NCBI GenBank assembly: GCA_964016885.1
Contig: OZ024745.1
Location: 73,346,001 to 73,410,000, forward strand
DNA: 64,000 nucleotides
From: Eledone cirrhosa
Taxonomy: Eukaryota
Direction of reading: 5' to 3'
Numbering within the stretch: position 1 is the stretch's first letter; each line of letters opens with the position of its first letter. Under the pieces are notes generated by a model. That model did not search any database and was not told where the DNA came from. It worked only from the letters and a program-made list of their open reading frames with translations. This document shows, in pieces, positions 11,691-25,199 of this stretch. The translations under genes and the position numbers were made by a program.

Positions 11691-12425
11691 AGCCTTGTAC
11701 AAATACCACAGGATCCCTTTTCTTGTATATCTAAGCGCATTATAGGTCCCTACTGTATCTTAAATAAAGGTGTATATTTCTTTCGATAATTAAAAGAACT
11801 TATATGCATGCAAATTGTTTTACTTACTTCTGATTATGTAATTTTTCTACATTCAAATATATAGAAAAATACTAAATTCGTTAATCAAGGTTAATCAAGG
11901 TAGTAGTGTGTGTATATATTAATTACGAGGAATCATTTGGTATTGACCGGTTGTATGAAGCAAACACAATTCATAAGTTATTGCATTACGAGCCAAAGGT
12001 CGCGCCCTTAACTGTTCGCTCGACATAGTACTGGTGAAAGCAACGGTAAAATCTTCGTCAAATCATACCCTACTGTTTAAAAAAATGACGGGTACATTAG
12101 ATAATGTAATTTTAAATATCACGTATTGGAAAAAATAAAGTTAAAATGGTTATGACTGAAATGCCTTTAGTCTTCCCAATCTGATGTTGAGCTAAATAAC
12201 AAAACTTGAACTTTCTAAAGTAATAATACGAACATGTTTTTTTTAAAAAATGTACTTTTAGATTTATAATCACCGATAATATTTTCAACCGAAACAGTAA
12301 ATTGACAATACTTGCACTTAACATTAGCAAATCATTTGACCAGAAACGCCGAAATTGGAAGGAGGGAAGAGGGAGTTTATTCCCTTTGTCTTATTGTCAT
12401 GGGAGTTTGAGAAAGGATGAGGGAA

Positions 12426-12828
12426 ATAATTGTTTCTACTTTTGGCCAGCAATTATCACAGTGTATTACTGGAACTTTATTTTATCGACCCCGTAAGGAT
12501 GAAAGGCAAAGTTAACCTCGGTGGGATTTGAACTCAGATCATAAAGGGCCATAACTCTTTGCTGAAAAGCATGGTGTCCAACCCTCTACCGATACTGCCA
12601 ATCCACCGAATAATGGTTTCAGATTTAGGCAGCAGGCCAGCGATTTGGGGGGAGGTGAAAGTCGATTAACTTGACCCAGTGCGTGACTGGTACTTTATTT
12701 TATCGACCCCGTAAGGGTGAAAAGCAAAGCTAACCTCTGCGGGATTTGAACTCAGAACATAAAGCGACATAATTCTATGTCGCGAAGCAGGGTGTCCGAC
12801 GCTCTCCCGATGCTGTCAATCCACCGTC
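12426..12828 (-). mobile_element. Two tandem SINE family 1 copies
   Basis: Same head, core and tail motifs at 12426-12608 and 12610-12828. Confidence 0.85.
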
Positions 12829-14429
12829 TTGGATGAGGAAAATAAGGCCATTATTTTTTCATATTGAATTATGTCCCATATTTGTAGCACCATTAGATTA
12901 AACAATGTCAATGAATTTTGCATTTTTCGTATCAGACTCTTTTGCAATAGTTATGTATATATATATGGACCTGTAACTCGTAGTCGAGTCGTAGTGACTC
13001 ATAGTGGAGTCGTAGTGATACAGAGCATATTTTGGGCACTTTAAACCATTTCACTCTAGGCATGAACTCAGCCAATGTCTTTCAGAGAAGGAGAGAGAGA
13101 GAGAGAGTGTGTGTGTGTGTGTGTGTGTGAGGGAAGAGGGGGAGAAAGAGAGAGAAATAAAGAGGGAAAGAGAGAGAGAGAGAGAGAGAGAGGGGGAGAG
13201 TGAGAGAGAGAGCAGCTATTTTTTTAATCGACTTAGAAAGGAGGAAATGAACACCACAAAGTACCTTATCCGATGTTCTAACAATTCTGCCTATTTGCCG
13301 CCTATTTTACGATAATTAATTGCCTTATTCTCCATAATGAGCAATGGAAACCATTGATTTAAGTCAAGTCATTTTACAAAAAATTATGCATTATTTAGAT
13401 TGGTTATGATTCTATTTACATCACGCAAATCACATAAAAATCACGTGTACAAAAGTATACTTAAATATGTGGCATTTATTTCTGGTCTATATCTCATTTA
13501 TTTATAGTGGTTATTTACTATTAAGCAGCAAGGGTTACGTAATGTAAGTGATATTTCAATTTTTGAATGCCAAAACGTGATCGTTTGGCATTAAACAAAA
13601 TGAGAATGAGATCCTAGTTTCAAGACATTGATCGTTTCTACAGGGCAAACAACTTCAACATTTTTTCGGTTTCTCCATATCCTGGAACTGCAACCAATAA
13701 TATATGTAATTAATTGTAAATGTTGTTTTATTTTACACTGCACACGCTAAAATAATTTTTAATTGAAAGATTATAATATGACTATTTTGATTAGAGAGCA
13801 AATATGATTTTTTTAAATTTCTTGGAAATTATAATTAAGACTATTGAAAAATGTTATTTTTATACCCTTTATCATATATAACAATACAGGTAGCAGTGTT
13901 TAACAGTATGAGTTATAACAAATATTGTTATAATAAATCTAAGGATTTGGAACTCATGATCATAAGGTCGTGGATTGAATTATTAGACCTGTTGACACAG
14001 GGCACTTCATTTCATGTTGCTCCAATCAACTCGCTGAAAATAGGTAGCAGCGGTGATTGGTGGTTAGCCCTATGCTGTCTAGAAAGTTGTCATCTACTCG
14101 CAGTCGCTTGACGCCCCCTGATACCGGAATAAGCTTCGGCTTTCCTCCACTTCGTGCAAGCGGACATAAAAACTATGCTTTTCAATGTTATTTCATATAT
14201 TTATTTTCACAGTTTAATATCTATACCAGCCCCACACACGCAAATATCCATTGTATTGTAATAAATCATCTAAATGCTGTCGGATATTTATCGTTATAAG
14301 GTTATATATCGATAAATATAGCTAGATGAGTTACTATAAACATTTTGCTTAAGAATCTTTTAAGTTTCTTGTGGTCACACCTTAAAAATTCTAATGTCTT
14401 TTTCAATCGGTGATGCATAGACAAGCCTA

Positions 14430-14827
14430 ATAATTGATTTTACTTTTAGCACAAGGCCAGCAATTTGAAGGAAAATAGAAAGTCGATTAAATCGATCCCA
14501 GTACGTTACTGGTACTTTATTTTATCGACTTCGTAAGGATGAAAAGCTCAGCGGGATTTAAACTCAGAACGTAATGGATCGTAACTCTATGCTGCAAAAC
14601 ATATTGTCCGACGCTCTACCGATACTGCCAATCCAATAATAATAATGATTTCTACTATAGGCACAAGGTCAGCAATTTTTGGGTAGAGGAAAGTAGATTA
14701 AATCGACCCCAGTGCGTGACTAGTACTTTATTTTATCGACCCCGTAATGATGAAAGGCAAAGCTAACCTCGATGGGATTTGAAATCAGAAAGCATGGTGT
14801 CTGACGCTCTACCGATACTGCCAATCC
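14430..14827 (-). mobile_element. Two tandem SINE family 1 copies
   Basis: 14430-14635 and 14641-14827; the second is internally deleted. Confidence 0.85.
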
Positions 14828-15157
14828 AATAACAATAATCATAATAGTTGTTGTTGTTGTTGTTGTTGTTATATGTGATGAAGCCTGTGACATTTCGAAT
14901 GTTGAAAAGACAAAATTTAATGTCAGATCTTGCGACAATAATTTTGGAATATCTGAAAATTTCTTTGGCTGCACGTCTTGCTTATAGGGACATACCTCAT
15001 TTGCTATATTTAGCTATGTAAATGACATCTTTGTTGTATGCAAACTTAGTAAAGCAAAATTTGTGAGTTATTTCTGGATGGCACTTTCTCAATGGAGTGC
15101 TTAGTTAAACTCATAAAAAGGGGTAACAAAATCTACGTCATTATTTTGTATATACAT

Positions 15158-15344
15158 AGGGCGGTGGATTGGCAGTATCGGTAGAGGGTCGGACGCCATG
15201 CTTTCCAGCATAGTTACGTCCCTTTACGATCTGAGTTCAAATCCCTCCTAGGTTGACTTTGCCTGTCATCCTTACGGGGTCGATAAAATAAAAGTACCAG
15301 TAATGCACTGGGTAATTGCTGGCATTGAGCCTAAAGTAGAAACA
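15158..15344 (+). mobile_element. SINE family 1 copy with ~18-bp TSD
   Basis: Flanked by attattttgtatatacat on both sides. Confidence 0.9.
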
Positions 15345-15974
15345 ATTATTTTGTATATACATTACTTAACACAGAGTAACGAGCTTATAGTTAATGATGC
15401 GACATACAACCCAGAGTTGCTAAATAACGTTCAAAATATTTGCAAAGTTCTATATGTGCATATCGGTGTTAACCCAAAGCGTATTTTGTATATACAGGAA
15501 TCAGTATATACTGCAATCATGTTTGTTAGAGAACATATCTACAGCTCGGTGGACAACGACATGTTGTACATCTGACGTTGTATTAAACAAACAAAATACA
15601 ACAAAAAAGGACTTAAAGAAATTTTGAGTTTGCTAACAATAGATACGTTAGCGGCAAGTTTAGCTTGTTTTCAGGCATCAGGCTGTTGAAATGGATTGCA
15701 TCATTTCGAATTAGGTTTCAGCTAGAAACGACGGGTTTCTACACTCTTCCTATCAACCAGTTCCATTTACTAGTTATTGGGTCACCCCAACGCTATAGTA
15801 GGGGATATTTACCACACAAAGCACCACATAGTGCGATCAAACTCGGAAACACATGGTTGTCAAACTAGTTTATTTACTACAAAAATAAGTGTGTATGTGT
15901 ATGTATTTGTATGTGTGTGTGTAAATATATATATCATATCTATATGTTTATAAATACACATACACACACGCACT

Positions 15975-16003
<29 letters not shown>

Positions 16004-16005
<2 letters not shown>

Positions 16006-16556
16006 GGTGGCTGCCAACTCGTTTTCGAGTATGGCCACTACTTTATATCCATGTAGGAGAACCCCTACCGATGCGCTGAACGAGTGTGACTTTTTAGTCC
16101 AGCCAGCAACTTGTAAACTCTGGTACAAACACTACACTTTCGACAATTATTGACACATAGTGCTGGGCCCATGGTACCATGTGACGACTAGAGCAAAGAG
16201 ATCTCCAGATATAAAGCAATGCCTGTGCCGTGAAGCTTTTATAGTGAGCAAAGGCACTGCACAAAGCCAGTCCCACTCTCTTAACCAAGATGATATTTAC
16301 CAAAAAGAAGAACAAGTCAACATCATTGGATACCATCAGGGTTGCAGGTGTTATATCAGAGTTTTCCTTCTCCTAGAATTCTGCCCTGACAAAGGCTAAG
16401 GGGTCATCTCTCCTGGTGATTTTGGATGGCCATTGGCTCTTAAGAGCTCCTTTGACAGGTTTTGTTTTTAGTCCTGCAGGATGTCCAAAGTCACCCTCCT
16501 CACCAAGAAACCTTGGTGGGGTTGCCAGTTTAGTCGCCAACGACCCGACCATGAGA
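16004..16556 (-). mobile_element. Non-autonomous retroposon, probably RTE-derived, inserted in TA/CATA repeats
   Basis: Close second copy at 55215-55666. The minus strand carries ctaggagaaggaaaactctga, which resembles RTE 5'-UTR-derived segments. No credible ORF. Confidence 0.6.
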
Positions 16557-16975
<419 letters not shown>

Positions 16976-17358
16976 TATATATGCGTGTCTGTGACCTATA
17001 TACACTGGTCACAGACACACACATATACACACACACACACACATATATATATACAACAACCCCACCAGCTCTCTCCCTGTTCCATTCATTTTCCTTCTCT
17101 GTCTCCTCTCTCTCTCTCTCTATGTCTCTCTTTTAATCTACTCTCTCACAACGACTATCTTTTTCTCCCTCTCTCTACTTATGAAGGTATCCGGAAAACC
17201 CCCATATCTCGGGAACCCATGCTCCGATTTACACGAAACTTGTTTCATTCCATTTGTATTCCCATTTCAGGTGCAACTTCCTTTCAATGTGTTTTCCCAT
17301 TATGCCCACTTTAACTGTATTAAATTACAGACAAGCACACAATCACAGAGGTTTAGTA

Positions 17359-17411
<53 letters not shown>

Positions 17412-17522
17412 CGATCTTCTATTTTCTATTCTGTTTGTGATCGCGGTCATTCTGTTATCTTATGTAACTAATTCTGCAATTAACAGAATACGTATATATA
17501 TATAATACGTATATATATATAT

Positions 17523-18185
17523 ATAGAGGAAAGGTGTTTCCTCAAAAACCAGTGTGACTCTAAAAACCGGTTTGTCTGTGTGTTTACATACAGAATAGCT
17601 GGACACTCACAGTAAAGTGACCAGTGAAAAACTCGGTACATCTACATATGTATACGTGTGTGTATTCATATGCATACTAGTATTTCAGTATACATATGTG
17701 GATGTACATTTTTAACTTAATTGTTTAAGCGTCAGTCATACAAAAGTGAGTTACAAACGAAACGAAATTTAATTTCGTTTCGTTATTTGATTTTATCGTC
17801 TCCGTTGAACCGGTACGTACTCACGCTCTATGCAAATTGGTCTGCCCACTACTAATTTTCATAGAAAAGGCATATAACGATATGTGCTTTTACGATTCTC
17901 TAGAAAGGCCGGAAGATAGGTAAATATTGCTGATGAGTTGTAACAACAACGAAACTAGTTCAATATTCCTTGTCTGGCTTTCTGGAGAATAGAGGAAAGG
18001 TGTTTCCTCAAAAACCAGTGTGACTCTAAAAACCGGTTTGTCTGTGTGTTTACATACAGAATAGCTGGACACTCGCAGTAAAGTGACCAGTGAAAAACTC
18101 GGTACATCTACATATGTATACGTGTGTGTATTCATATGCATACTAGTATTTCAGTATACATATGTGGATGTACATTTTTAACTTA

Positions 18186-18190
<5 letters not shown>
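17523..18190 (+). mobile_element. Non-autonomous hammerhead element: 466-bp unit plus 202-bp terminal direct repeat, between (TA)n tracts (retrozyme/mini-PLE-like)
   Basis: 17523-17724 = 17989-18190 with one mismatch seen. Canonical HHR in the unique part. No ORF. Confidence 0.88.
17923..17967 (+). ncRNA. Type I hammerhead ribozyme, canonical core
   Basis: aatattg-CTGATGA-gttgt aaca acaac-GAAA-ctag-TT-caatatt. Perfect 7-bp stem I, 5-bp stem II and palindromic stem III AACTAGTT. Stem I is extended by attctctagaaaggccgga/tctggctttctggagaat (~17894-17990). Confidence 0.92.
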
Positions 18191-18222
<32 letters not shown>

Positions 18223-19249
18223 ATATTTATTGAAGAAAATCATCGGAGTTTTTAAGTCAACATATTTGGTACAAATTCGATTTAACCATTTTGATACAAA
18301 ACAGCCTGAAAACATGCCCCTAGTTTTACGATATAAAACCTTGTTTTAAAGTGTTTATATTTATCTGCAAACTTTTCTTGTATTATGTTCAAAGTAGTTT
18401 AATAATCAGGACGTCAGTTATTTTACTAAATCTCACTGAATACTTGATTTCAAAATCAATTAAAATCACAGTCCATGTTTTTCTTTAGAAATTTGCTAAT
18501 GAAAGGGCTAAATATAATTTATAAATAAACCACTTATATTTTGTAGTTAATTTGTAAAGTTCTCTCTACAATAAGTCAATTGTATTGTCTTCGTTTCTTA
18601 TTCTTACCAACAAATCTAGCTCAACGACATTTAAATGGTTTCCGTGACAAGTGGCTGTTTGAGCTGTTCATCAATTATAGAGCACTGCGATACTTGTACC
18701 ACTTATGATCTGCTCTTCCAAAACAAATTATATTGGCTAGAGTTATTGGGTGGAATTTCTAAGGACATACTAAAAACAATGGTTTCTAATTTAGACACAA
18801 GACCAATATGTTTTTTGGCATGGAGGGCTAAGTCCACCCTAATATTTGACCAGTACTTCATTTTATCAAAAGTGGAAAAAATATTTCCATTTGACTTTCC
18901 ATTACTGATACTGTCTATCCTTTGTAACTTTTAGAAGAAAGAGGCGGGATTTGAAATTAGTAGACTCACAGTAAGATTAGGTACCACAAAGCAGTGGACC
19001 AGAACAAATACCGAAACACTTCATCTGACGTCCTGACGACTTGCCAATTACTTCCATGGGAAGTAATGACGTCAGGGAGACGAAAGTGTGCGGGATAGAG
19101 TCACATATATTCATAGACCACCATTCACCCCCATTAAAAAAGTAAGATGTTCTCAGCTTGCAGTGCTAATGTTCAAGAACTGGTTGGCTTTTTTTAATAC
19201 CCCAAATCTCTCGTTTTTTTGGTTTTTGCTAAGACGTTTATCAAGATCT

Positions 19250-20950
19250 ATTTCACTAGAGAGTAAATGCTTCAGGATGTATAACGTGATCAACCAAGGC
19301 GTGCTTTCTCAAGTACTTCTGTGTCAGGTGTAAAGGGTTTCCAGCTAATGTTCAAAATATGTCTTGGTTACTTTTAGTGGAAATTTTCTGATGGAACTTT
19401 TCGAGGATCGGGATGTACCGTCGGTACGGTGTCCTTATTTCAGACGAGAGGTGTAAAACTTGGTGGGAAGTTTTAAGTCCTTGTCTAACTAGATTTGTTT
19501 TTTGAAGGCTCAAACTCTCGACATTTGAACTAAGGTATTTTTCTAGCGCTTTACCGATTCTACCAATTTATAGCTAATGTATCTAGGGAATATACCATTG
19601 GATTTTATTGCATCTCATCCTTTTTTGGATAAATGTAAGGACAACAAATTGTTCTTGTAGCTAGATATTCTTAAATATTTTGTGAAATATTTTGCTCATT
19701 CATTGCAATATCGGGTGTGATTTCCATAGGACAGTAGTTGCTGAAGCAAAGAAATTTTGACAGGATTTTATCCGTCCAAATATATATTGGTTGGAATTGC
19801 AAGTCTGATTTACTGGCAATTGTTCCTGACAAGTAGGTGTTACTGTATGCATATTTATGAAGCTTTAACGTTACTAATGCTCAACATCCGTTCAGATTTC
19901 TAATCAATTCAGAGGCTTGGCTCCAATGTCGCTTGATGGAAAGTATAAATCATGCTGATTTCTTTTGAATTTATTCCCGATTCTTTCCTAATTCAGCATT
20001 GCCCCAGAACATTTAGGTTTTAAACTGCAAATGTGGTCGAACATATTCTTTGTACCATTACAATTTGCTGGAATTAGACAACCTGTTAAGAATACCCTGT
20101 AGTTAGCATATTTGGTGCTCCTTTTGATGTGTGGATTCGTGTTGAGTTTGGATTGGAGACCTTGGTATTTCGATTCTTGAATATGCCGTATAATTACTAT
20201 CTTCTTTGTTAAACTAAAACTATCAACTTGTTCGAGTTAAAATCTTTTGAGTCTGCTTTTCAAATCACTTGCGGTCTGCTTTTCTCAGTCAGCAAGTGAT
20301 TTAAGATGTTAGGGAATGGTATGCAGTCTTCAAAATTTCTGATTACCTTGGAGATACAGTACGGACTAATACATTCACTAAGGTAGTCCAGCAAATCGAG
20401 TGATAGTCTTAAGATAGGTTATCAAGAGTATTCCTTGATTTACTGCTCGTATCAATATGTTAGTGAAGAGCATGAGCTGACTATTACAGAACTACTTCTT
20501 TCATTCTGAATAGGCGCTGAAAACGTGATAAAGGGGATGGGCTCAGCAAGGTATTTGATTTGCAATGCTGCTGTAGAGTAAGAATTAAATTGTTTTGTTT
20601 TGTTTTTGTTCGGTTTTATTTTTGTTTGAAGATAGAACTGATTATGGTCTGTTTTCAGTTTGTATAAATGTAAGAGTAGTAGAGTGAAGCTTGGAAGAAT
20701 AATTTTCAACGAATTCTTTTAAGAAATATATAGAAATGTTTTCAGGTCTACGGCCTTTATGTGTATTGAGTTTTATTTTTTAGCAATTTTCCCATCCTTT
20801 CTGAGACCCGCCATTAAAGATCATCCTCCAGGTTAGTTTTGAAATTCTTCTGGCATTTACAAATTATCTTAATAGGAATAGTAATAGTTACTTCAAGAAA
20901 TCTGTTGATATCATAAGGTCGAATCATTTAAAAGGAATTACCTTCTTTAT
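19250..20950 (-). pseudogene. Highly degraded non-LTR retrotransposon RT remnant (clade uncertain)
   Basis: Weak, correctly ordered minus-strand motif remnants near 20040, 19925 and 19775; many stops. Confidence 0.3.
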
Positions 20951-21024
20951 GTGTGCACGTCAGAGTTTAAAATAAATCTGTTATATGGGATCGGATCAAT
21001 GAGATAAAAGAAATACAAGTATAA

Positions 21025-21240
21025 TATTGGTTTCCGATTTAGGCACAAGGTCAACAATTTTTTTTTGGGGGGGGGGGGGTCGATTAAATCGACCCCAGTG
21101 CATCACTGGTACTTTATTTTATTGACCCCGTAAGGATGAAAGGTAAAATGTTCAAATCCTGTCGATATTATCTTTGCCTTTCACCCTCACGGTGTCGATA
21201 AAATAAAGTATCAGTAATGCACTGGGGGCGATTTAATCCA
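21025..21240. mobile_element. Two SINE fragments joined in opposite orientation
   Basis: 21025-21147(-) tail and core abut 21149-21240(+) B-box and core. Confidence 0.7.
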
Positions 21241-21400
21241 ACTCTAATATTAATGAAAGTCAGACAACATACATCATATTCATTTAAATAATACCCGATG
21301 TCCACATAAGGCATTCACATTGGTCACCAAAAAAAAAAAAAAAAAAAAAAATGGCGCACTAAGTAGATCTCAAATAAAGGAAGAGAAAATATTATTCTTT

Positions 21401-21462
21401 ATGTATTTCAAACTCCAATAATTATTGGAGTTTGAAATACATTCATTATAATGAATGTATTT
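21401..21462. repeat. Two overlapping perfect palindromes (42 bp and 28 bp)
   Basis: atgtatttcaaactccaataa|ttattggagtttgaaatacat (21401-21442) and aaatacattcatta|taatgaatgtattt (21435-21462). Confidence 0.9.
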
Positions 21463-21767
21463 ACCAACTTATCCCTTAAGTACATCGTAGAATATTTGTG
21501 AAATAATTTTCCCACGTAAATTTATGTGAAAATACAAGTAAGATACGAGAACATATATTAAATAATTAAGCTTGCTGAATGTGTTTCTAAATCACAATAT
21601 ATATTTGTTTAAATTTGTTTATGCATTGTTTAAGATTTGCAAAAGAAATAATATATATTTATAAATTCTTCAGTGTGGCAATTTTGTATTGAATATTTAA
21701 TTTTGTTACTCCTTTTTCTCATTCAGCCCCACTCACCATAAATCCTTATTATTTTCACACAGATATT

Positions 21768-21955
21768 AGAGCGGTGGATCAGCGAACAAAATGCTTTCCC
21801 GTATTTAGAGGGGACTTTCTTAATTCAAATTATGTCGAAGGTTAACTTGATCCTTCATCTTTCTAGGGTCAATAAAATAAAGTACCAGTTAAATCGATAT
21901 AGTTGAGTTCATCTTTCCCACAATTTGCTGGCCTTGTGCCAATGTTAGAAATAAT
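21768..21955 (+). mobile_element. Older SINE family 1 copy
   Basis: Core gtcaataaaataaagtaccag and tail ggccttgtgccaatgttagaaa. Confidence 0.7.
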
Positions 21956-22342
21956 TATTTTCACACACACACACCTACATCTTGTAGGTAGAAAAGGAAG
22001 CCTGTTGGACGTGTGATGCATGAAGGCATCTTTTGCATAGTTGAAATTTATACGTATAGAAATTTTATCTCCCACATTTTCTTTGACAACAGAAACATAG
22101 CAGTTGTTTCGATGGATTTTCTCATATCATTCTAAACGAATATTGTCAGAAATTGATTGTAACATTCACGAGTTTTTGAATAAAAATCATTTGATAAAGT
22201 TTACACAGCCTGAAAGCAGAATTAAAATGTTTGCTCCAACATAGCTGTATACATATAAGTATGTGAAATGTGTATATCTAAGCCAGAAACACGTTCTGAA
22301 GTTTTCATCAATTATTACATAACTCACAATGCTTCACATTAA

Positions 22343-22428
<86 letters not shown>

Positions 22429-23097
22429 ATTAAGACAACAAACCAAGGAAATTCGATAGTGAGAAAAGCAATTTTGCGTGGGTAGAAAATTTAATTTTCC
22501 GGCCCCGATAGATATAGGTTTCTGTTTTCGTGTACCAATTTTCATCTACAAGATATTGGTCAACCTGATGCTACAGTAGAACATATCGCCTCAAAATTTT
22601 AGGCAAGTCTCTTTTGATATTCTTTCACTTCCCATCTTTTATTATTTGAAATGTATGCGAAATGGAATAAAATGTTATGGAATACTTTTGATTTTGCGTG
22701 GACATTCTTTCTGTGGATGAATTCAAAGTGCTTATTTTGTCACATAATTTAGAAATATATGCGCTGTTTTCAATGAATAAAGCTAAAATGTTCCTTTGTT
22801 CAGCATTGAATGCAATATACACGTGGTGTATTTGTTTGAATGCTTTAGCAAATACACGAGAATTCAATTTTCCGATTCATAGGATATTTGTAAGTCTTCG
22901 TTTAAATAGAAATCTGAATTGAAATATTTAGTAATTGCTTTATGTGTAAAGTCTTATATTATAGTACAGGTATATGTAATAATTTATGACAATGTTGATG
23001 GATGCTAGTTAAATATTCGTCGCCTCCAAGAGCGGGTTTTAAATATACGTCTAACTAACATAGGTAGTGAAATGTAGGGGATGGGCATAGTTGATTA

Positions 23098-23582
23098 CTC
23101 TCGGGTCTCGAATAATCGTCTTCCACGCTTATTAATATTTCAGCCCCCCTCTTTTTCCAACCTCATAGTTTATTAAATTTTGCTAATCTACGGCGAAATT
23201 TTATTTTAAGTGGTAGCATTCCTGTGTTAATTAATTTTCCGCAGGCATTAAAAATATTATACACGGCAAAAAAAAAAGAACATTACAAGAAATCCTATAC
23301 ATAGTTACGTCCCTTTACGATCTGAGTTCAAATCCCGCCAAGGTTAACTTTGCCTTTCATCCTTACGAGGTCGATACAATAAAGTACCAGTAATGTACTG
23401 GCCTTGTGCCGAAAGTAGAAACAATTATAAAATAAATAGGATGGGTTATCATATGTAAATCAAACGACTAATTCTGGTTTTAAAAATAAACCAAGGGAGA
23501 CAATCTAGAAAAAATTATCGATTTTCCACTACCCCAAATATTCCAACGTTCCCCTATTATTCTATTATTTGGGACCCGAGAG
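23098..23582. mobile_element. CTCTCGG-TIR MITE inserted in an old SINE and itself interrupted by a young SINE (23298-23428,+)
   Basis: TA-ctctcgggtctcgaataa...ttattttgggacccgagag-TA. Old SINE sequence continues on both flanks. Confidence 0.82.
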
Positions 23583-24078
23583 TATGTCGACTTCAGGACC
23601 AAACTGGTACTTATTTCATCGACACCGACTCCGGAATAATAAATAAGATAAAGTCAACCTTAAAGGGTTGCGAATTAATGGTCGCAGCTAATTAGGGTAT
23701 TTTATTCGTCGCCCTATACAAGATTAACATTTGTATTATCTAATTCAATAAGTGAAGAAATTTAGATACATACAAATATTTTGATTTTGTTGTTTTTCTT
23801 TGATGGACAGTGTGGTGTTGGGGCTAAGTTACTGATACAAATCTTACACCTCACATATGGCATACCAATTCATTAAAAAAGGCATGGAACTCTTGTTCCC
23901 CATGTGTCTTAAGTTAATATTAATGGATATATCTTGGATATATCTGATTACGAATAGAACAGGAATAAATGAGATAAATATTCACCATAATATTACGTCT
24001 TTAAGTCTGCTAGAGAGTCTCTATGTGATCGCATGACCTGCAAAAAATAAGAGCCAAATCTCCATAAAACCACTATTG

Positions 24079-24545
24079 CAGAGGTTGGGAACCTTTTCAT
24101 GCTGAAAGGCTGCATTAAGTTACTTGTAATATGTCAAGGCTACATTCAAGAAACCATAATTATATATTCTTAAAATCTACATTATTTTGTAAAAATCTAA
24201 TTATTATGTACTAATTATCTAAAAAACGAAAAAACTTAATTTCAAAGCTAACATTCTTTTATTGACTTTGTTGTGACTGCTTGTTGTAGGAAAACATTTT
24301 AATATTTGGTTGCAACATGGAGGTCCTTATGATCTACTAATTGTTTAATTCTGGCTGTCTGTGGATTATTTCGTAGAGATTTCTTTTACTCTTTGGTATT
24401 TAAAATACGTTAATATTTTGGTTTAAATTAAAATAAAAGATAGGCAAAAACATATGAATAAAAAGTTAAAAATTTGTTGGAAATTTTTTATTCTTTCAAA
24501 AGGCCGCACCGAATGGCATAGAAGGCCGCAGGTTACCCATCTCTA
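24079..24545. mobile_element. hAT-superfamily MITE
   Basis: TIRs cagaggttgggaacct / aggttacccatctcta, 8-bp TSD cactattg/ccctattg, subterminal ggccgca motifs. Inserted in an older dispersed repeat also seen at ~12000-12190 and ~48440-48610. Confidence 0.8.
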
Positions 24546-24844
24546 CCCTATTGTCTTAAAAACGGAAGGACACATTAGATGAAGTAATTCTAAATACAGT
24601 TATCTGAATAAATTGTCACGATTGGAACACTTTTTATAAGTCTGCTTGATTGGAGCTAACCTGAGGCTAACTTAAAGTTTATTGTGAATTATCATCTATT
24701 CCAGTGGTTTAAAAAATATCTGTCACACTGGGAAGGGGAGGTGACAGTATGTGTGTATGTGAGAGAGAGAGAGACACAGAGAGAGAGAGAGGAGAACTGA
24801 GAAGGAAATAGAAAGAAATTGGGAGAGAGAGTATGGGAAAGAGG

Positions 24845-24901
<57 letters not shown>

Positions 24902-25035
24902 ACTTTTACGAAAAATATTGTTTATCCTCAAATAAATGAGTAAACTATTCCATTTTAGAAGTTTCAGTCATTTGTTAAGTTTATATGATATATTTTGTTA
25001 CTGTTTATAAATTAAATACTATATATATAATATTT

Positions 25036-25073
<38 letters not shown>

Positions 25074-25199
25074 TATATACATAACATTTTTAAATAGAAT
25101 ATTTAAAATGTCATATTGATCTTTAATACTTTTTTTCTAATTAAATCGTGGAATATCTATGGGGAGGAGGTTACCTAAAAAGCTGAAGTTTTCTGTTGA

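Noticed and set aside
12977-13018. 20-bp tandem ctc(g/a)tagt(c/g)gagtcgtagtga
   Set aside because: Two units without spacers; an ordinary minisatellite, not CRISPR.
15161-15250. tRNA genes
   Set aside because: The A and B boxes belong to SINE heads; no complete cloverleaf.
17181-17360. Possible non-autonomous Helitron/DINE-like fragment
   Set aside because: Only vague resemblance; no clear terminal hairpin plus CTRR.
18603-18712. Minus-strand segment between cag and gtaag
   Set aside because: Stops in all three frames and no other support.
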